Shown here: positions 30,772-54,671 of the stretch, piece after piece | How the letters are laid out: each line of letters starts with the position of its first letter | Position numbering within the stretch: the first letter of the stretch is position 1 | Assembly: GCA_964035545.1 (NCBI GenBank) | Contig: OZ037765.1 | Location: 5,342,698-5,406,697 of the forward strand | Source: Bugula neritina | Lineage: Eukaryota; Animalia; Bryozoa | Length of the DNA stretch: 64,000 nt | Reading direction: 5' to 3' | Program-made: the position numbers and the translations under genes | Notes under the pieces: model-generated | What the model was told of the DNA's origin: nothing | The model's input: the letters and a program-made list of their open reading frames with translations, nothing else | The model's database searches: none

Positions 30772-33700
30772 TCAATACTTGGCGCGTTTAGAAGCAGATC
30801 CTCCGCCAGACCTCTTGGCCATGAGGCTCTGAATCTGCTGCCATTCTCTATCCAAAGCTGCCTTTTCATCTTTAGGCCCCGCCCTTCTTGTCTTCCTTCC
30901 ATCAGACATTTTCACTCCATACTGGAAAGCGGCCCTAAAACGACATCAGGGTTCATGTACACCCCATGAAGGCAAATTAGTAGGCAGTACTAACATAATG
31001 TTAGTACAGTAGATGAACTAGGCGGTGGTTGTTGCTAGGATACAGCACAAACATACTACTACATTGAATACAAATAGTAGTATAACCATACATTTAGCTG
31101 ATAATAAACAAGAATTCTCTCTGCCACCAAAACAACAACTCTAGTACTTTACATTATGTTGCCATTAGCAACGCTGCTTAACAGTGATCACACCACAAGT
31201 GCTGTGATTTTAAGCGATGACCTTGAAATATATTTATATAAAAAGCACTTACTTAGGTAATGCCTCTTTTTTGGACATGTACTCCTGATACTGTTCATCA
31301 TTTTCAAAGTCCCACCTATTGATGGGCCCCTTCTTGTTACCCATATCCATCTTGGTGTAGTCGGCCTCGTCATCTGAGTCATCTATAGCATCCGCTGCCT
31401 CATCCATGCTACAAAACGCAGCCAAGAAATGCTATTAGCCTGAGTTCTTTAACTGTCTTATAAATTCCGGTTTGGGGCGTGGGTCGAAATTCTTAATAGA
31501 AAATAACTTTCTTTTGCTACTTTTCTAATTTAAAACACATGCTTTTTCTTAATTTCTCCACTAATGCACCTACCTTACTATATAAGCTGATATCATAGCA
31601 ATATACAGCATAAAACTATCATTGTGCCACAAGTTATCTCTAAACGTAGTCTTCCACAGCTGTGTGTAATTGTTCTGAAAATACATGGCTAATGTACACA
31701 CATCTCTCCTAGCTCTCAACATTGCAGAGACAGAAGTTACCCTACCCTGGATAGCATTCCGCATAGCTGTCCACAGCGGGCTTTCTTTTATTGGGTTTTC
31801 CCTGCTTAGCCTTCATTTCTTCTTTCCCTTTCTTGGCATCCATTTCATTCCATTTCTACAAAACCAAACATCAGCGTGTAAACGAATTGAACGTAAAGTT
31901 GTACAAACTTGCAGAATATTTACCAAAGAAACATTTCAGATAATTTCGTTTATAATATATAGCTTAGTAAACAGATAAAACTACCCATTCTTTAACTTAA
32001 TGAAGAAAAAATTTATATTTTGCAAAAAAGTTATTAGACTTCCACAATCCTAAAAACTTAGCAGAGAGAAACTTTTTACAAACAAATGTTAAACTTAAAT
32101 CTTAACTGCTAGAATAATCTATTTTTCCTAAGAAACTCATAAATTCCTACATCAACAACCAACTACGTCAACTAAGGGCTACTAGAAGGATCTGTACCTC
32201 AGCGTACTGCTTGCTCAGCCCTTTAAGGAACTGACTGGCGCTCTCCTTCCTCTCCTTCTCTGATATCTTCTCCATATCTGAACGGTCATCAGGTTTCTCA
32301 AAGTAAGACGTATGTCTATTACCTCTGTCCTCTCGCCCTCCCCTACAGGAAATGACATCATATGACTGCCGGCACACGGTTGAACGAAACATTATTAGGT
32401 CATAGCAGAAATCATAAAACACGATTAAGTCTAGATTATATAAATGAAAATATTTTAAAATATTTTTATTTTAAGAAATACATGACACAAATACACATAC
32501 AATACATAATTATCAGCCAAAATAATGTAATGCTATAACAAATTAAATAACTAAATAAATATATATTTAAACATTTTTCTTTTAGAAAATGCTTGACAAA
32601 AAGATACATATATAGACAAACATAGCTACATTTTTCATAATATATATTATTACTTGGAATACAAAGTTATTAGGAAAAATAATATAATGCTATAATAAAC
32701 CTAACAACAAAAACTTTTATAAATATTACCTCTAAATAATAGAAAATAAATATGCATTATTATAATTACGATTCAATTCCACATTGCATTAAAATAGACA
32801 CCAGATAATATTTACTGTTATATTATCTCGACTACACTAATTTGACTGTACATACCTGGAACGACCTTTATCCCTTTCCCTTTCTCTGTCTTTGTGATCA
32901 CCCCTATGTCGATCTGAAGATTTGTACTTGTCTCCCCTGTCACGATCAGACCGATCTCGTGACTTATCTTCCGTAGACGAGTGTTTTTCCCCAAATATAC
33001 TAGAAAATTTATGGCAGGCTGTCACTATAAGTCTAAACTGATGATAACATAGTTAACACCAATAACACTAATATCTGTCATATTGTAACACCTGAACAAA
33101 AATCTTGGATAAACAGAGCAAATAACCGACAATGTCTACCGATAAAGCAGACAAAATAAATAAGACAACTCCAAGCCAACTAAAATTGAAAAATAAATGA
33201 ATATATGAAGGGCTGTGAATCAATATAGAAACAGGAGAGGTTCACATCTGCAGTATACTTGCTCATTGTGAGAATTAAATATACAACCTTACAAACAATT
33301 ACAACACATCAATTTTGTTATGGCTTAAAACATCATCATTTAAACTCTCATACAGTCAGTCACACTAAAGGTTAGCATTGTACACTAGACACATAACACT
33401 CACTCTACGTCATCTTTAGGCTTCATTAACTCTTTAGTGCCAGCCTCAGCTTTCTCTACAAGAAGAGAAAATGGCAAATTCATAACTTGTTAATGGGAAT
33501 TAACAAAGTTTTAGTATATACCACAATAAATGATGCTAGCAGAGGTCAAAACTAACCTTTCAACTAATTACTGCATCACAGCTTGACACTACTAATCGAG
33601 AGATTTTTCAGTATTCACTATACTAGACTACAGTCAGCAAATCAGTTAGAATAATAACACATACATTTTCTTACAAGAGTTAGGAGTTATCCTACCTTTT

Positions 33701-36700
33701 TCTTTCCTCTTCTTTTTGTCTCGACGACCTTGACGGAGGTAAGAAAGAATCTGTGTGAGTTTGTTGATGACAATGTCGTTAGTAGTGAGAGTTGTGGTCT
33801 CGGTCTGCGTGGGACAGTCCGCCTGCACGTGATATGAAGATACTAAAGGCGTTGGTACTAGTAGTACTAGCTAATTTAGCATAACCTTTGACCTAATATC
33901 TGTAGTAGATGTAGCGATAACCTATGACCTAATAGCTATGGTAGATATACTACTAATAGCTGTGGTAGGTATATGACTAACCTTTGACCTAATAGTTGTA
34001 GTAGGTATACAATTAACCTTTGAACTAATAGATGTGATAGATACACGGGCTTTCCATGCACCGATCTCAGATCGATCTCGCTGAGATCGATCTGAAAAAT
34101 GTGCTCAGATCGATCGTTTTTCCATGAGAGTGTCAGATCGATCTAGCGAAGTTGCCTCCTCTTAAGTGAAGGATACTTTAAAAGTATAATTTGTTCGCCT
34201 ATTTGAGTGATTAAAGCTACTACTGTTGAAAACAAGGTGGTCATAGTCTAAAATTTAATCCCAGCTATAAACTATACGCAGCAAAGCTTTCAGTGTATGG
34301 TAATTTGGCCAATTTAAAATAATTAATTTTAATTTTTTAGCTTGACAGCTTATATAGAATTAATGGCTGTCTTGCAGATTATTAATAAACTTACAGGACT
34401 GTTAGGCTTGAAATTACAAAGAAAATAGCAAATGAAACTAAGTTTTAATAGTCATCTAAATTCAATTTAAATTCTCCCATTTTTCAACATTCTACTGCAT
34501 ATAATTGAGTTTTCCTAATCATTGTACTGAAAGTCAAAGTTTTGGCACCTGAAAAGGTGGCTATCATAATTATTTAATACTTTGCTCAGTAATTATCAAT
34601 AAGTAATTATTTTTATTAGCAGTCAACATTGTAGCGCGCAGTCTTTTTCTACTTCTCAGATCGATCTGGCGTCTTTCCATGGTCTTATTGACATGAGATC
34701 GATCTGAGTTCGAGCTTCACAGACCGACCAGCTCAGATCTACAGAGATCGATCTTTGGCGTCTTTCCATGGATCGATCTCGCTAAGATCGATCCGAGATC
34801 GGTACATGGAAAGCCGGTGATACACTACTAACCTTTGACCTAATAGCTGTGGTGGGTATATCACTCTCGGGAAAGTCATCTTCAAGATCTACCACATAGG
34901 CCATTCTACCGGGTGCAAACATCTCATTCTTTTGTGGCAACTTGGTCTTGAACAACACTCTGTATATGTTTTTAGCTAAAAGAAGTTAATTAAAATGAAA
35001 GTAGCTGCCTGTTAATGTTTCAGTCTCACTACTTGACTTAAAGGTATATATAAAGTTTCATAAAACCAACTGCTTTATCATTATCAGGCTATGACTTACC
35101 TAATCTTCCGCGTAGCTCTGCCTCTTCTCCTTGGTCTTCATCACTACATACAAGTATCTTATATCTTATATCCATAAACATATATCTTATATCCATAAAC
35201 ATATATCTTATATCCATAAACATATATCTTATATCCATAAACATATATCTTATATCCGTAAACATATATCTTATATCCATAAACATATATCTTATATCCG
35301 TAAACATATATCTTATATCCATAAACATATATCTTATATCCATAAACATATATCTTATATCCATAAACATATATCTTATATCCATAAACATATATCTTAT
35401 ATCCATAAACATATATCTTATATCCATAAACATATATCTTATATCCATAAACATATATCTTATATCCATAAACATATATCTTATATCCGTAAACATATAT
35501 CTTATATCCGTAAACATATATCTTATATCCATAAACATATATCTTATATCCATAAACATATATCTTATATCCATAAACATATATCTTATATCCATAAACA
35601 TATATCTTATATCCATAAACATATATCTTATATCCATAAACATATATCTTATATCCATAAACATATATCTTATATCCATAAACATATATCTTATATCCAT
35701 AAACATATATCTTATATCCATAAACATATATCTTATATCCATAAACATATATCTTATATCCATAAACATATATCTTATATCCATAAACATATATCTTATA
35801 TCCATAAACATACCATATGACAACATAAAATCATATACATAACATTCACCGGCTTTCCATGGATCGATCTCAGATCGATCTCAGCGAGATCGATCCATGG
35901 AAAGCCGGTGATTATAAGCTATTAGCAATAATCATAACTATACAGACTATCAGAGAGTGGTTACATACAGCTCTATGTCTTCTGGATTCTCTACTACTGC
36001 CTCCAGATCCTCGTCATGTGTCTCCTGACTGTTGATTTCTGCCCTGACCTTGTCTAGCAGGGCATAGTCCAGGCCCTTCACCAAGTGAGTGTGCTCCATG
36101 TCTCCCCCCAAGAACTTTGACTCCTCAATCATCTTCTTACGCTTCTCCGCTTGAGTAGAGCCACTAAAGTATATATACACTCAGCAATATTATCACACGA
36201 TGTAACATAAAATATAATATTGCAATTAGGATTTTCACTAAATAGTTTGGTTGGTCATACACAAACTTGGTTACATTAGCAATTAGTGCAAATATGTCTA
36301 AATTAAGTAACCTCAAAACATCCCCACACACAAAACAAGATATATAGCAAAGACATAACAGTAGTAGCAGTAGTAGTAGTAATAGAGGTGGTGGTGGTAG
36401 TGGTAACAGCAGCAATAGCAGCAGCAGCAGCAGTAGTAGTAGAAGTAGGAGCAGCAGCAGCAGCAGCAGTAGTAGTAGCAGTAGGAATACTTGAACATAC
36501 ATTTTAAGTTCAGGGGCAACAGCTTTATAGTCAGCTGTGGTACTGTTTTCACTAGTTTCTTCATTTGCTTTGCCGTCTCTCCTTTCTTTAGCTCTGTCTC
36601 TATATTTACTGTCTAATTCTTTCTTTTTCTCATCCTCTATCTTCTTCAACTTAGCATAATATCTGTAACATTAACCAGCTTATCTCAATGATGCAGCCAC

Positions 36701-37142
36701 CAGAAAAAACTGTAGTTATTTGAAAGCTGTATATCCACTCACAGTTTTCTCTTTTTTCTCTCATCTGTAGATGACTTCTGCTCTTCGCTTTCAGTTACAG
36801 ATCTGAAAGTTAAAATTTACAATTTTCACTACATACAAAAACAAATCCCAACAATAAAACCACAATATGCAGATAACCATGATATTGAAGAGAAACATCT
36901 GGCGCATTGTTAACTACTACAGCAGAGCACTCTAAATAATTACAATAAAAACTATTTTAGGGCTGATTTATAAAAATGACATACGCCTGCTTCTGATAAA
37001 CTTTAGACGACGGGGTAGGTCCTCCCACGCGAGGTGTCATCATGAGTTTTCTGAAGTCATCATTAGTCAATGGCTGACTGTCTTCTTGTGATGTCTGATG
37101 TGCATAATTTGACGGTGGAAGGGGATTAGAAAACTCCATTTC
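30772..37142 (-). CDS. IK: Protein Red (IK), spliceosomal B-complex factor
   Basis: FSNPLPP, LTNDDFRKLMMTPR, KYRDRAKERRDG, SKFLGGDMEHTHLVKGLDYALL, PGRMAYVVDL, DIPTTAIRSKADCP, TTNDIVINKLTQILSYLRQG, RD-rich region, SYAECYP, AAFQYGVKMSDGRKTR...KRAKY*. An acceptor at 37143-37145 implies a further upstream exon, probably near 38.5-38.7 kb. Confidence 0.97.
31420..31572. mobile_element. Diverged copy of the ~160-bp MITE family
   Basis: TTTGGGGCGTGGGTCGAAATTCTT...AATGCACCTA. Confidence 0.6.
33880..34860. repeat. Degenerate ~36-bp tandem array copying the IK exon end and donor, interrupted by a MITE
   Basis: Units TAACCTTTGACCTAATAGCTGTGGTAGGTATA.. match the exon/donor sequence at 34829-34860. Confidence 0.85.
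34044..34819. mobile_element. 776-bp non-autonomous DNA transposon: CAC termini, 3-bp TSD ATA, GATC-rich subterminal repeats
   Basis: TIR CAC(C/G)GGCTTTCCATG...; ATA at 34041-34043 and 34820-34822; removing it restores a unit of the host 36-bp array. Confidence 0.9.
35155..35812. repeat. 21-bp minisatellite, ~31 copies (TATATCTTATATCCATAAACA), in an IK intron
   Basis: Directly visible and nearly homogeneous; ends ~9 nt from the acceptor at 35144-35146. Confidence 0.97.
35847..35910. mobile_element. 64-bp minimal copy of the CAC/GATC MITE, TSD ATT
   Basis: ATT-CACCGGCTTTCCATGGATCGATCTC...GAGATCGATCCATGGAAAGCCGGTG-ATT. Confidence 0.9.
36359..36484. repeat. Compound (CAG/TAG/TGG)n microsatellite in an IK intron
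   Basis: Directly visible, just inside the donor near 36500. Confidence 0.9.
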
Positions 37143-38801
37143 TATCATAGCAATACAAAGACACATGTATCAACATCAACATATTCAATAAAAATAACTA
37201 TGCTTTTATATTTAAACATACAACTGTAACTCAGCTAGTTAGTTAGCCTGGATATACACATCAATAAAATTGAATTATTCTAAACTGAAGCGAACAATTT
37301 TGAATAAAATCTTTGTTTAAGAAACAAAATATAATTGAGACAATATGTGTAGACTTCGTCTGAATTGGGAAAAGTGTCACATAAGTATTGGAAAAAATTA
37401 TCCACTTTTTTGCGCTGCACACAACGTTAAACAGAAAGGATAAACTCGAAATAGTAAGTTTACTTTAAAATTCAGTTTTATTTAAACTTGAAAACAACTT
37501 CCCAACAAAAAAAAATCAAGCTACAGGTAAAAAATTAAGGTATGAGTAATTGAAATAAAACAGCAGAGAAGTCATAGCCATTACATTCAGTTCATCAAAT
37601 TGCATTGGCATGCCATACAGTATGGAGCAGCTAGTGTTACTATTTTCATTAATGAAATGATTGTGTTGGGTTATGTAGATGTGCATCGATTTTATTGCAA
37701 AATTGATTGATGAAAAACTGTTCAATGATTATACTATTAGTACTATTGGTAACTGTAATGACACTAGTAGTAGTAGTACTACTACTAGTACTAGTAGTAC
37801 AAGTCTATTCTAAATATAATAATTTCAACTTAATCTGTCATGGCCATCAACGAAAACATTATGATTAAAAATATTATAATAAAGCAGTATCAAATAAATG
37901 AACAGAACGATAACTTCAACTCAACTTCAAGTAGAATACTAGAATATCAAGTCAAAAGGGAGATAGCTACACACCCAAAGTAAATTATCACTAAAAGTAA
38001 AATACTAATAGTAAATGTAATAGTAATAAAATAAAATCATTAAAATTAGAAATAAAATGAAAATGTACTAGCCGATGGCCCCTGAAAGTGAATAACAACT
38101 AACTATAACTTAAAGTTAAACTTAATGTACTACTTGTACTAATAGTAATAGTAATACTAATAGTAATAGAAATACTAATAGCAATACCAATTCAAATTGC
38201 CAATGGTAATTGGTATCATATTCATAATCATAGTATAACTACAATTACTATAAATGTAAGTCTTGAGAGTAAGTATAAAATCAAATAAAATTGGACAATA
38301 ATATTAATTATAAAATTAAATTATATTCATAATGATATTGATAATTACTATCACTATCAGTCCTAATGTTGGCAGCAAATTGAAATTTAAAATGAGTTCA
38401 ACAAATTAAGATTAGTCATGACTATAACTATCAGTATAATTCATCAAAAAATATCAAAATTGCTAATTTTAATAATAATTCAGAAAGAGCATTTATTAAA
38501 ATGTCAAGGATGACATTTTTTTTTATAAATCACCGTGATTGAAAATATTATACTTCTACTTGTAATAGCAAATAAGCATTATTATGATTATCAGTTGTCT
38601 ATCCACCTTTTGACAGGAAACGGATTGAAAACATCTTTAAAAATGAAGAAATTTTGAATGCTTATAAGCTCAATCCATTCTTTCAAGGAAAATACTATTT
38701 TATTAATATTTTTGATTTAAATTTAAATTATTTTTTGTTAAAAACTAACAATAATTTATTTTCTAACTGCATTGGCATTATCATAGTAACCTATAAACAA
38801 T

Positions 38802-49080
<10,279 letters not shown>

Positions 49081-49822
49081 ATGAATTAGAATGGCTGAAT
49101 GCCCTAATAAGAATATACTAATATTCAATTGATAAAGTTGCTATTGTGTCTTATTATCAGTAGAGACAATATGGTGTTCAATAATAGGTAATAAACTAAA
49201 AATAATAGCCAATCATCTTGCATTAAAAGCTGCATACTATGTTATGCTAAAGAATGGTAATTATGCTAGTATTTTTGTTATACATGTTCATTGATTTGTG
49301 ATACATAAAGTGTCATTTCAGTGATATTGAATGATAAAATGATACTCTTACCATTGTAATAAATCATATTTTATGTTTCTGAGTTTTTTATGTATAGAAA
49401 ATGTGATAAAAATAACTTATAATATAATTTATAAAAAGTAAAAATATACGTTTTTGACTACTTGTTTTCAAATATTACCAAGCCTTTGAAATATACTGTA
49501 CAACATATAATAATCACGCTATATTATTTCTTCTAATATATTATGCTGATAACTATTGAACTTTAACCCTTTGATGTAACCAAGTTAATTTTACTGTAGA
49601 AATATGTTTCACTACATTGTTTTTTATTCTAAGTTGTCATTTCAGCCTTGCATTAATACAAGGGAAGACAAATCTTTGAAGTAATGTTATGTGTCGCAGA
49701 GGTGTAAAATATGGTAGTAATCATCTAATACTGAAATGCAGGTACAACAGGGGCTGTGCTGATTTATTCAATCAAGCTTACTGTATGTCCATTGTTACGC
49801 TAAAACTATATATAGAACAAAC

Positions 49823-49825
<3 letters not shown>

Positions 49826-49884
<59 letters not shown>
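49826..49884. repeat. (CA)n microsatellite
   Basis: Directly visible. Confidence 0.98.
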
Positions 49885-49886
<2 letters not shown>

Positions 49887-50381
49887 CACATACACACCGT
49901 GGGTATATAAGTATGTATATTATTGGATGTATACAATGAATGAATAAAAAGAGAAACCGTATTTAAGTTAATTGGTTATTTAAAGCAATGTTTTATATAT
50001 TTGTGTACAAGTTTAAGCTGTGTATAAGCTTAAGCTTTGAACTAAATTAATACTAGAATAAACAATTCCTTTGTTACAAGGATTTCACATTGTCATCCTA
50101 TGAATCCCAGTAGCAGTTTATATGTTGCTTACAACAAGCATGCTTTTTAAATCTATGTATATAATTCCTATTTGCATAAAATATTATTCCATTTTAAAAC
50201 AAACTTTTAACAGACACATACATCTGGACTAGATGGATTTAATGCCTAACATTGATTTTATATCACACCTTGACTTGCAATAAGCCTATGCACATAACAC
50301 TTATGTACATATTGCACCGGACACAAACTCACTAGTCTTTTAAACAAATAATCCATTCCTTTCATCGTATAGTATATCATT

Positions 50382-50394
50382 GTTGCTAAACAAC
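50382..50394. promoter_or_regulatory. Candidate RFX X-box upstream of the THEG-like gene
   Basis: GTTGCTAAACAAC inside the palindrome TCATTGTTG...CAACAATGA, ~160 nt before the ATG; a second half-site CATAGCAAC at 50501. Confidence 0.5.
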
Positions 50395-50555
50395 AATGAC
50401 TTTGTATAGCGAAAAGCACACAGCACAATACTGGCTGAAGTTATATAATGCCATGTGCTCAGAGCTAACGGATGAGAATTAAGTGCGCTACATTAAAGTG
50501 CATAGCAACAGCTGCTTTCAGCTACATTCTGGTATAATATTAGACAGCATCAACC

Positions 50556-53500
50556 ATGGCTGCAGGTTAGTAAATCGCGTTTGTATCCATTAAAATTTAT
50601 TTAAATATAAAGCCTTTCTTGGTGAAACCAGTAGGATGATAGTTGGCTAAATTTTAATTTGAAATTGACCAGTTTTTTTCATAGTAGAGTTTGAACTAAA
50701 GCTCCTTTGAGTAAAGAAAGCTGGTTTGTTTTTTGTAAAAACATTGTCTATGGAGATGAATAGCCTGCAGAGCTTATTAACCTCTTTACCCTGTGTTATA
50801 TAACTGATTGTAAATATTTTTCCAATGTTGAATAAACAAAGTGGTTGAACTTAACACCAAGTAGTATCGAAAGCTTAAGTGGAGTTGGTTAGCAGGTTTT
50901 CTTTGCTTATTATTAAAATGAAGGAAAAGCGCTTTTTACCTCCAATTGCAGGTGTGCAAGAAACACGCAGAATAGATGTGCTAGCCAGGCATAGGCCTAT
51001 TCCAGCTGGTCATGTTAGTGACAGGTGAGTGAATAAAATGGACTTACTAGTATTAGAGAGAGTGCAAACATATGGCAACACACTATGATATTTGCTCTCT
51101 GTGCTATTATCAAGTCACTACAGTAATGTCAAGTTCACACAGTTTACTAAAGTTTAGGAAAACTTGGTAATCAAAGGTTGCAACAATATAGAAATAAAGC
51201 TTTTGTTCATTAACTCTTACTATCAATTTGCTAATGTAAAAACAGTATACAACTGCAATTTATTTAAATTGGAAATATTATTTGTACACAGATTGTGCTT
51301 GTGCGTGGGTAGATAAAGCAATTTATTTGATATCATATGCTCCATACTATAAATATATTTTCATATATATGCACACACCCGTTGTGCTTTTTAATATTTG
51401 CTGGCAGAAATCAGATATTATAATAATTATTATTGTCACACTTATTATTATTGTTCCCATGGGGACTAAGATATAGATAAAGATAAAAGACATTTTGAAG
51501 CTTTTAATAGCACCATTGAACTTGAAAAAAGTTCAATTATATAATAATTTAAAGAACTTTTTTAAAAGCAAGATAAACATTAACGTGTAAGATAAATCAT
51601 TACGTGTTAATAACTTTTAACATATATCAGATTTATAAAAAATCTATGTTTTTCTTGAATAAATATTAGTAGTCAAACTATATTGTAGGTTTTAGATTGC
51701 ACTTAAACTCATCTACTGGCTTTCAATGAACAAAAAAACAGTATTTTGTAAGTTATGCTGAAATAAAAAGAAGCTTCTTACAGCTTATAGCATGCTGTAT
51801 AAAAACTGCAGAGTTGATATTATGTAGAATATTCTTACTATATTACTAAATAGAATACATCAAGCATTTAGATTTTAGTGCATAACTGTTAGCTATAGCT
51901 TTGTATGAAATGAAACTTGAATCTGTGGTCCATGAAACTATAAGGAGAGATGCACAGTTTAGCACACGTGTTAGTTAGCCCATTCTACTATATTTCATAG
52001 GCTTAAAATGTAAGATGATGAACAGGGCTAGTTATAGCATTGATATTTCTGTTTGTGGTGATTATGTTGCTGCATGAATATTGTACAAGAGTGCATCTGA
52101 TTTAAAGAAGAAAACTTAGCTAAAGCACTCTAATTTTAGGGTATAATATTAACAATAACTCAGTAAAATACACATGTTATCAGTTGATATTTGTTCTACA
52201 AGTTTTATTAAAATGAATTTAGTAAGATCTAAGTTGAAATCTTGGCAAAACATATGGAGATGTAAACAGGTGTTTTAGTTGTAGCCTGTTTGTATTAGTT
52301 ATGCCGCCTTTTATAAACTTGCACGTAAGCTAATAAGAAACTTAACTGGGCAAAGGCAGCTTTCATGTACAGCCAATGCACCAAAATATGTCTTATCAAC
52401 CTTTCCAATCCCGTTGTTAGACAAAGGAGCGCAATACCTACAAAGTCTTATTGATTTGACTTATACATTTCTAGTTCATTACATTCTAAAATGAATTAAT
52501 TTGAACTTTTCAATAGAGTATAGTGACTCTGTGATTATTTCGTGCTTTATTTAAATAGCCAAATATAGTTATGAGCTGATCAATTAATACAGGCTGGGTT
52601 AACAACTACAATGAGTTCTAAATACAGTTTGTTCACTTTTCTAGGCGATCAGTGTACTGGGTGGACAAGAAGCCATTGGGACCACCTACTGTTATGGGTG
52701 AGTGTTGGCAACTTTTTAGGCCATTATGCAGATATAAAATCTTTGGACGTGATTGTCAATGAGAAGCTGTTAAAATTTTTGACCAGTTCAAAAGCTGCCT
52801 GTTTAGGCAGTCTCTAAAGCTGGTAATATTTTCAATTTTATTGACGCCAGTTTTCTGCGTTACTGTTTATTTTGTTACTGCAATAAAGAGAGTGGCTGCA
52901 TGTGCTTATGGCTATATTCCCTGGTGCAATAAGCTTTAAGCTTGAATTTTTCCTCCTATAAGTCTGTCGAGAAAATTAAATTTAAGCAAAAAATAACTTA
53001 AAATTTGATTAATACTATATGTAAAATATATTAGAAATTAGTTCACAAAACCAAATGCTAAAACCTTAACCCTACTATAGCTTGTTTAATGATCAAAAAG
53101 GAAATTCAGGTTGTATAGATTAAAACTTTAGAAGCAAATGAGTCTTTATATTCATAACACAGAGGCCTGTAAGGGCGTATTACAAAACTAATGATATTAA
53201 CAGTTTCATATGGTAGCAATGTGTGCAATGATCTAACTAACCATGAATTGTGAACGCTTTGGTATAAAATGTACAATTTTCCTTTATTTTTAGCAATGAC
53301 TCCCCGTCTAGAAATTTTGTCGAAAAACAGAAACCTAGTTGGTGAATACAAGTTTAATCAGTAAGTATTGTGCATTTTTGTTTCTATAAGACAGAAATAC
53401 AGTGACATTGTAGTTATTATTTTAGATATTAGCAATAAATATGTAGGACAGACAACTCCCTATCTCAGTATAGCTTCTTGTTTTTTATAATGCTGCATTA

Positions 53501-54671
53501 GAATAAAATCTTTTGAAATGGTTAGTTTCCTTATTAATCTACTAGTTTTGACAAATTTTGTCTTGCTTTACAAATTAGAGCTGAAAGAAAAATATTTCTT
53601 ATGTTACAGTGACAGGACGTCATATTTAGCGCATGAACCATTTTACAAAGAAATATATCCCACCAGTAAAAACATTCCAGAAGCTAGTCCAAGGGTTGTC
53701 ACTCTTTCGGCACACAAAAATGCAAATTCTGAATACCAATATGACCGTGACTTACCTACTAAGGCTTCAGAAACAAGTGAAGCTTCCGCAAGAGTTGGTG
53801 AATTAGCAAGGTAGGATAACTTCCATTACATATACAGCTTACTTTTAATCAGGTGTAAACAACTTCAAAAAAGCTGTGCTTTTGCTTTTAGATATATTTT
53901 AATATAAAAGTAGCCTTCTCAACATTTGATAATTACATTTTACTTTTCACTGCCATTGACATTATTTATATACTACATACTATTATACTTTATAATACAC
54001 ATTATGTGTAGTTATATATAAATTGACACAAAAAAATATTTTCAAACGTATAGCCTGACGTTTTTATCTTTAGAACATATAAAATGATTATTGCAGCACC
54101 ATTCATATTTGCTATTGCTATCTTATGTAAAATCTTAGATCAAAAACAGAATTGTGGGAAAGGAAAGGTGGCTGGCCTAATACTAAAATGTTTTATGAAG
54201 TTCTTCCACAACCTGTCAGCCAATCAGCAAGGAAAGCTGTAGCCACACCCAGAGTAGAAGCTCTTGCGGAACACAAAAAAGTACCAGCTACATTCAGACC
54301 AGAACGGCCAGTGAGGTGAACCATACTTTATTCTATTCTGTACAAATTTTCCCTTAAACCATTGGTAAATGGTCAACTTAAAATATCGCCAATAAGATGG
54401 TAACATAATAAGCTATGTGTTAACAATTTAGACATGTTTCTAATGAATTTGTTTCAATCATAGATGGGACATTGAGGAACAAGCCCTGACTGTAAATGCA
54501 TCGCTAAGAGTGTGTCAATTAGCTAGACCAAAGAGTAGGTCAATGATAAAAGATGACGGCTGGGACCCTTACATTGTGTCCAAAGCAGCTCGCTATGCAC
54601 AGATAACTCCCAGGGTTGAAGAATTGGCAGCACCACTTCCAAGAAAACAGAGAAGCAAGAAGGTTATATAA
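50556..54671 (+). CDS. THEG-repeat (testicular haploid expressed gene / SPMAP2-like) protein
   Basis: Approximate exons 50556-50565, 50952-51024, 52645-52697, 53294-53361, 53610-53810, 54139-54315, 54464-54671. DRRSVYW plus repeated (T/S)PRxxxLA/LS motifs (ASPRVVTLS, ATPRVEALA, ASLRVCQLARPK, ITPRVEELAAPLPRK). Confidence 0.85.

Noticed and set aside
35089-35826. 245-aa (MFMDIRY)n and 229-aa (HKHISYI)n ORFs
   Set aside because: Translations of a stop-free 21-bp intronic minisatellite; IK splices across it in frame.
36164-36564. Poly-Leu and poly-Cys/Tyr ORFs
   Set aside because: Read-through into an intronic triplet microsatellite.
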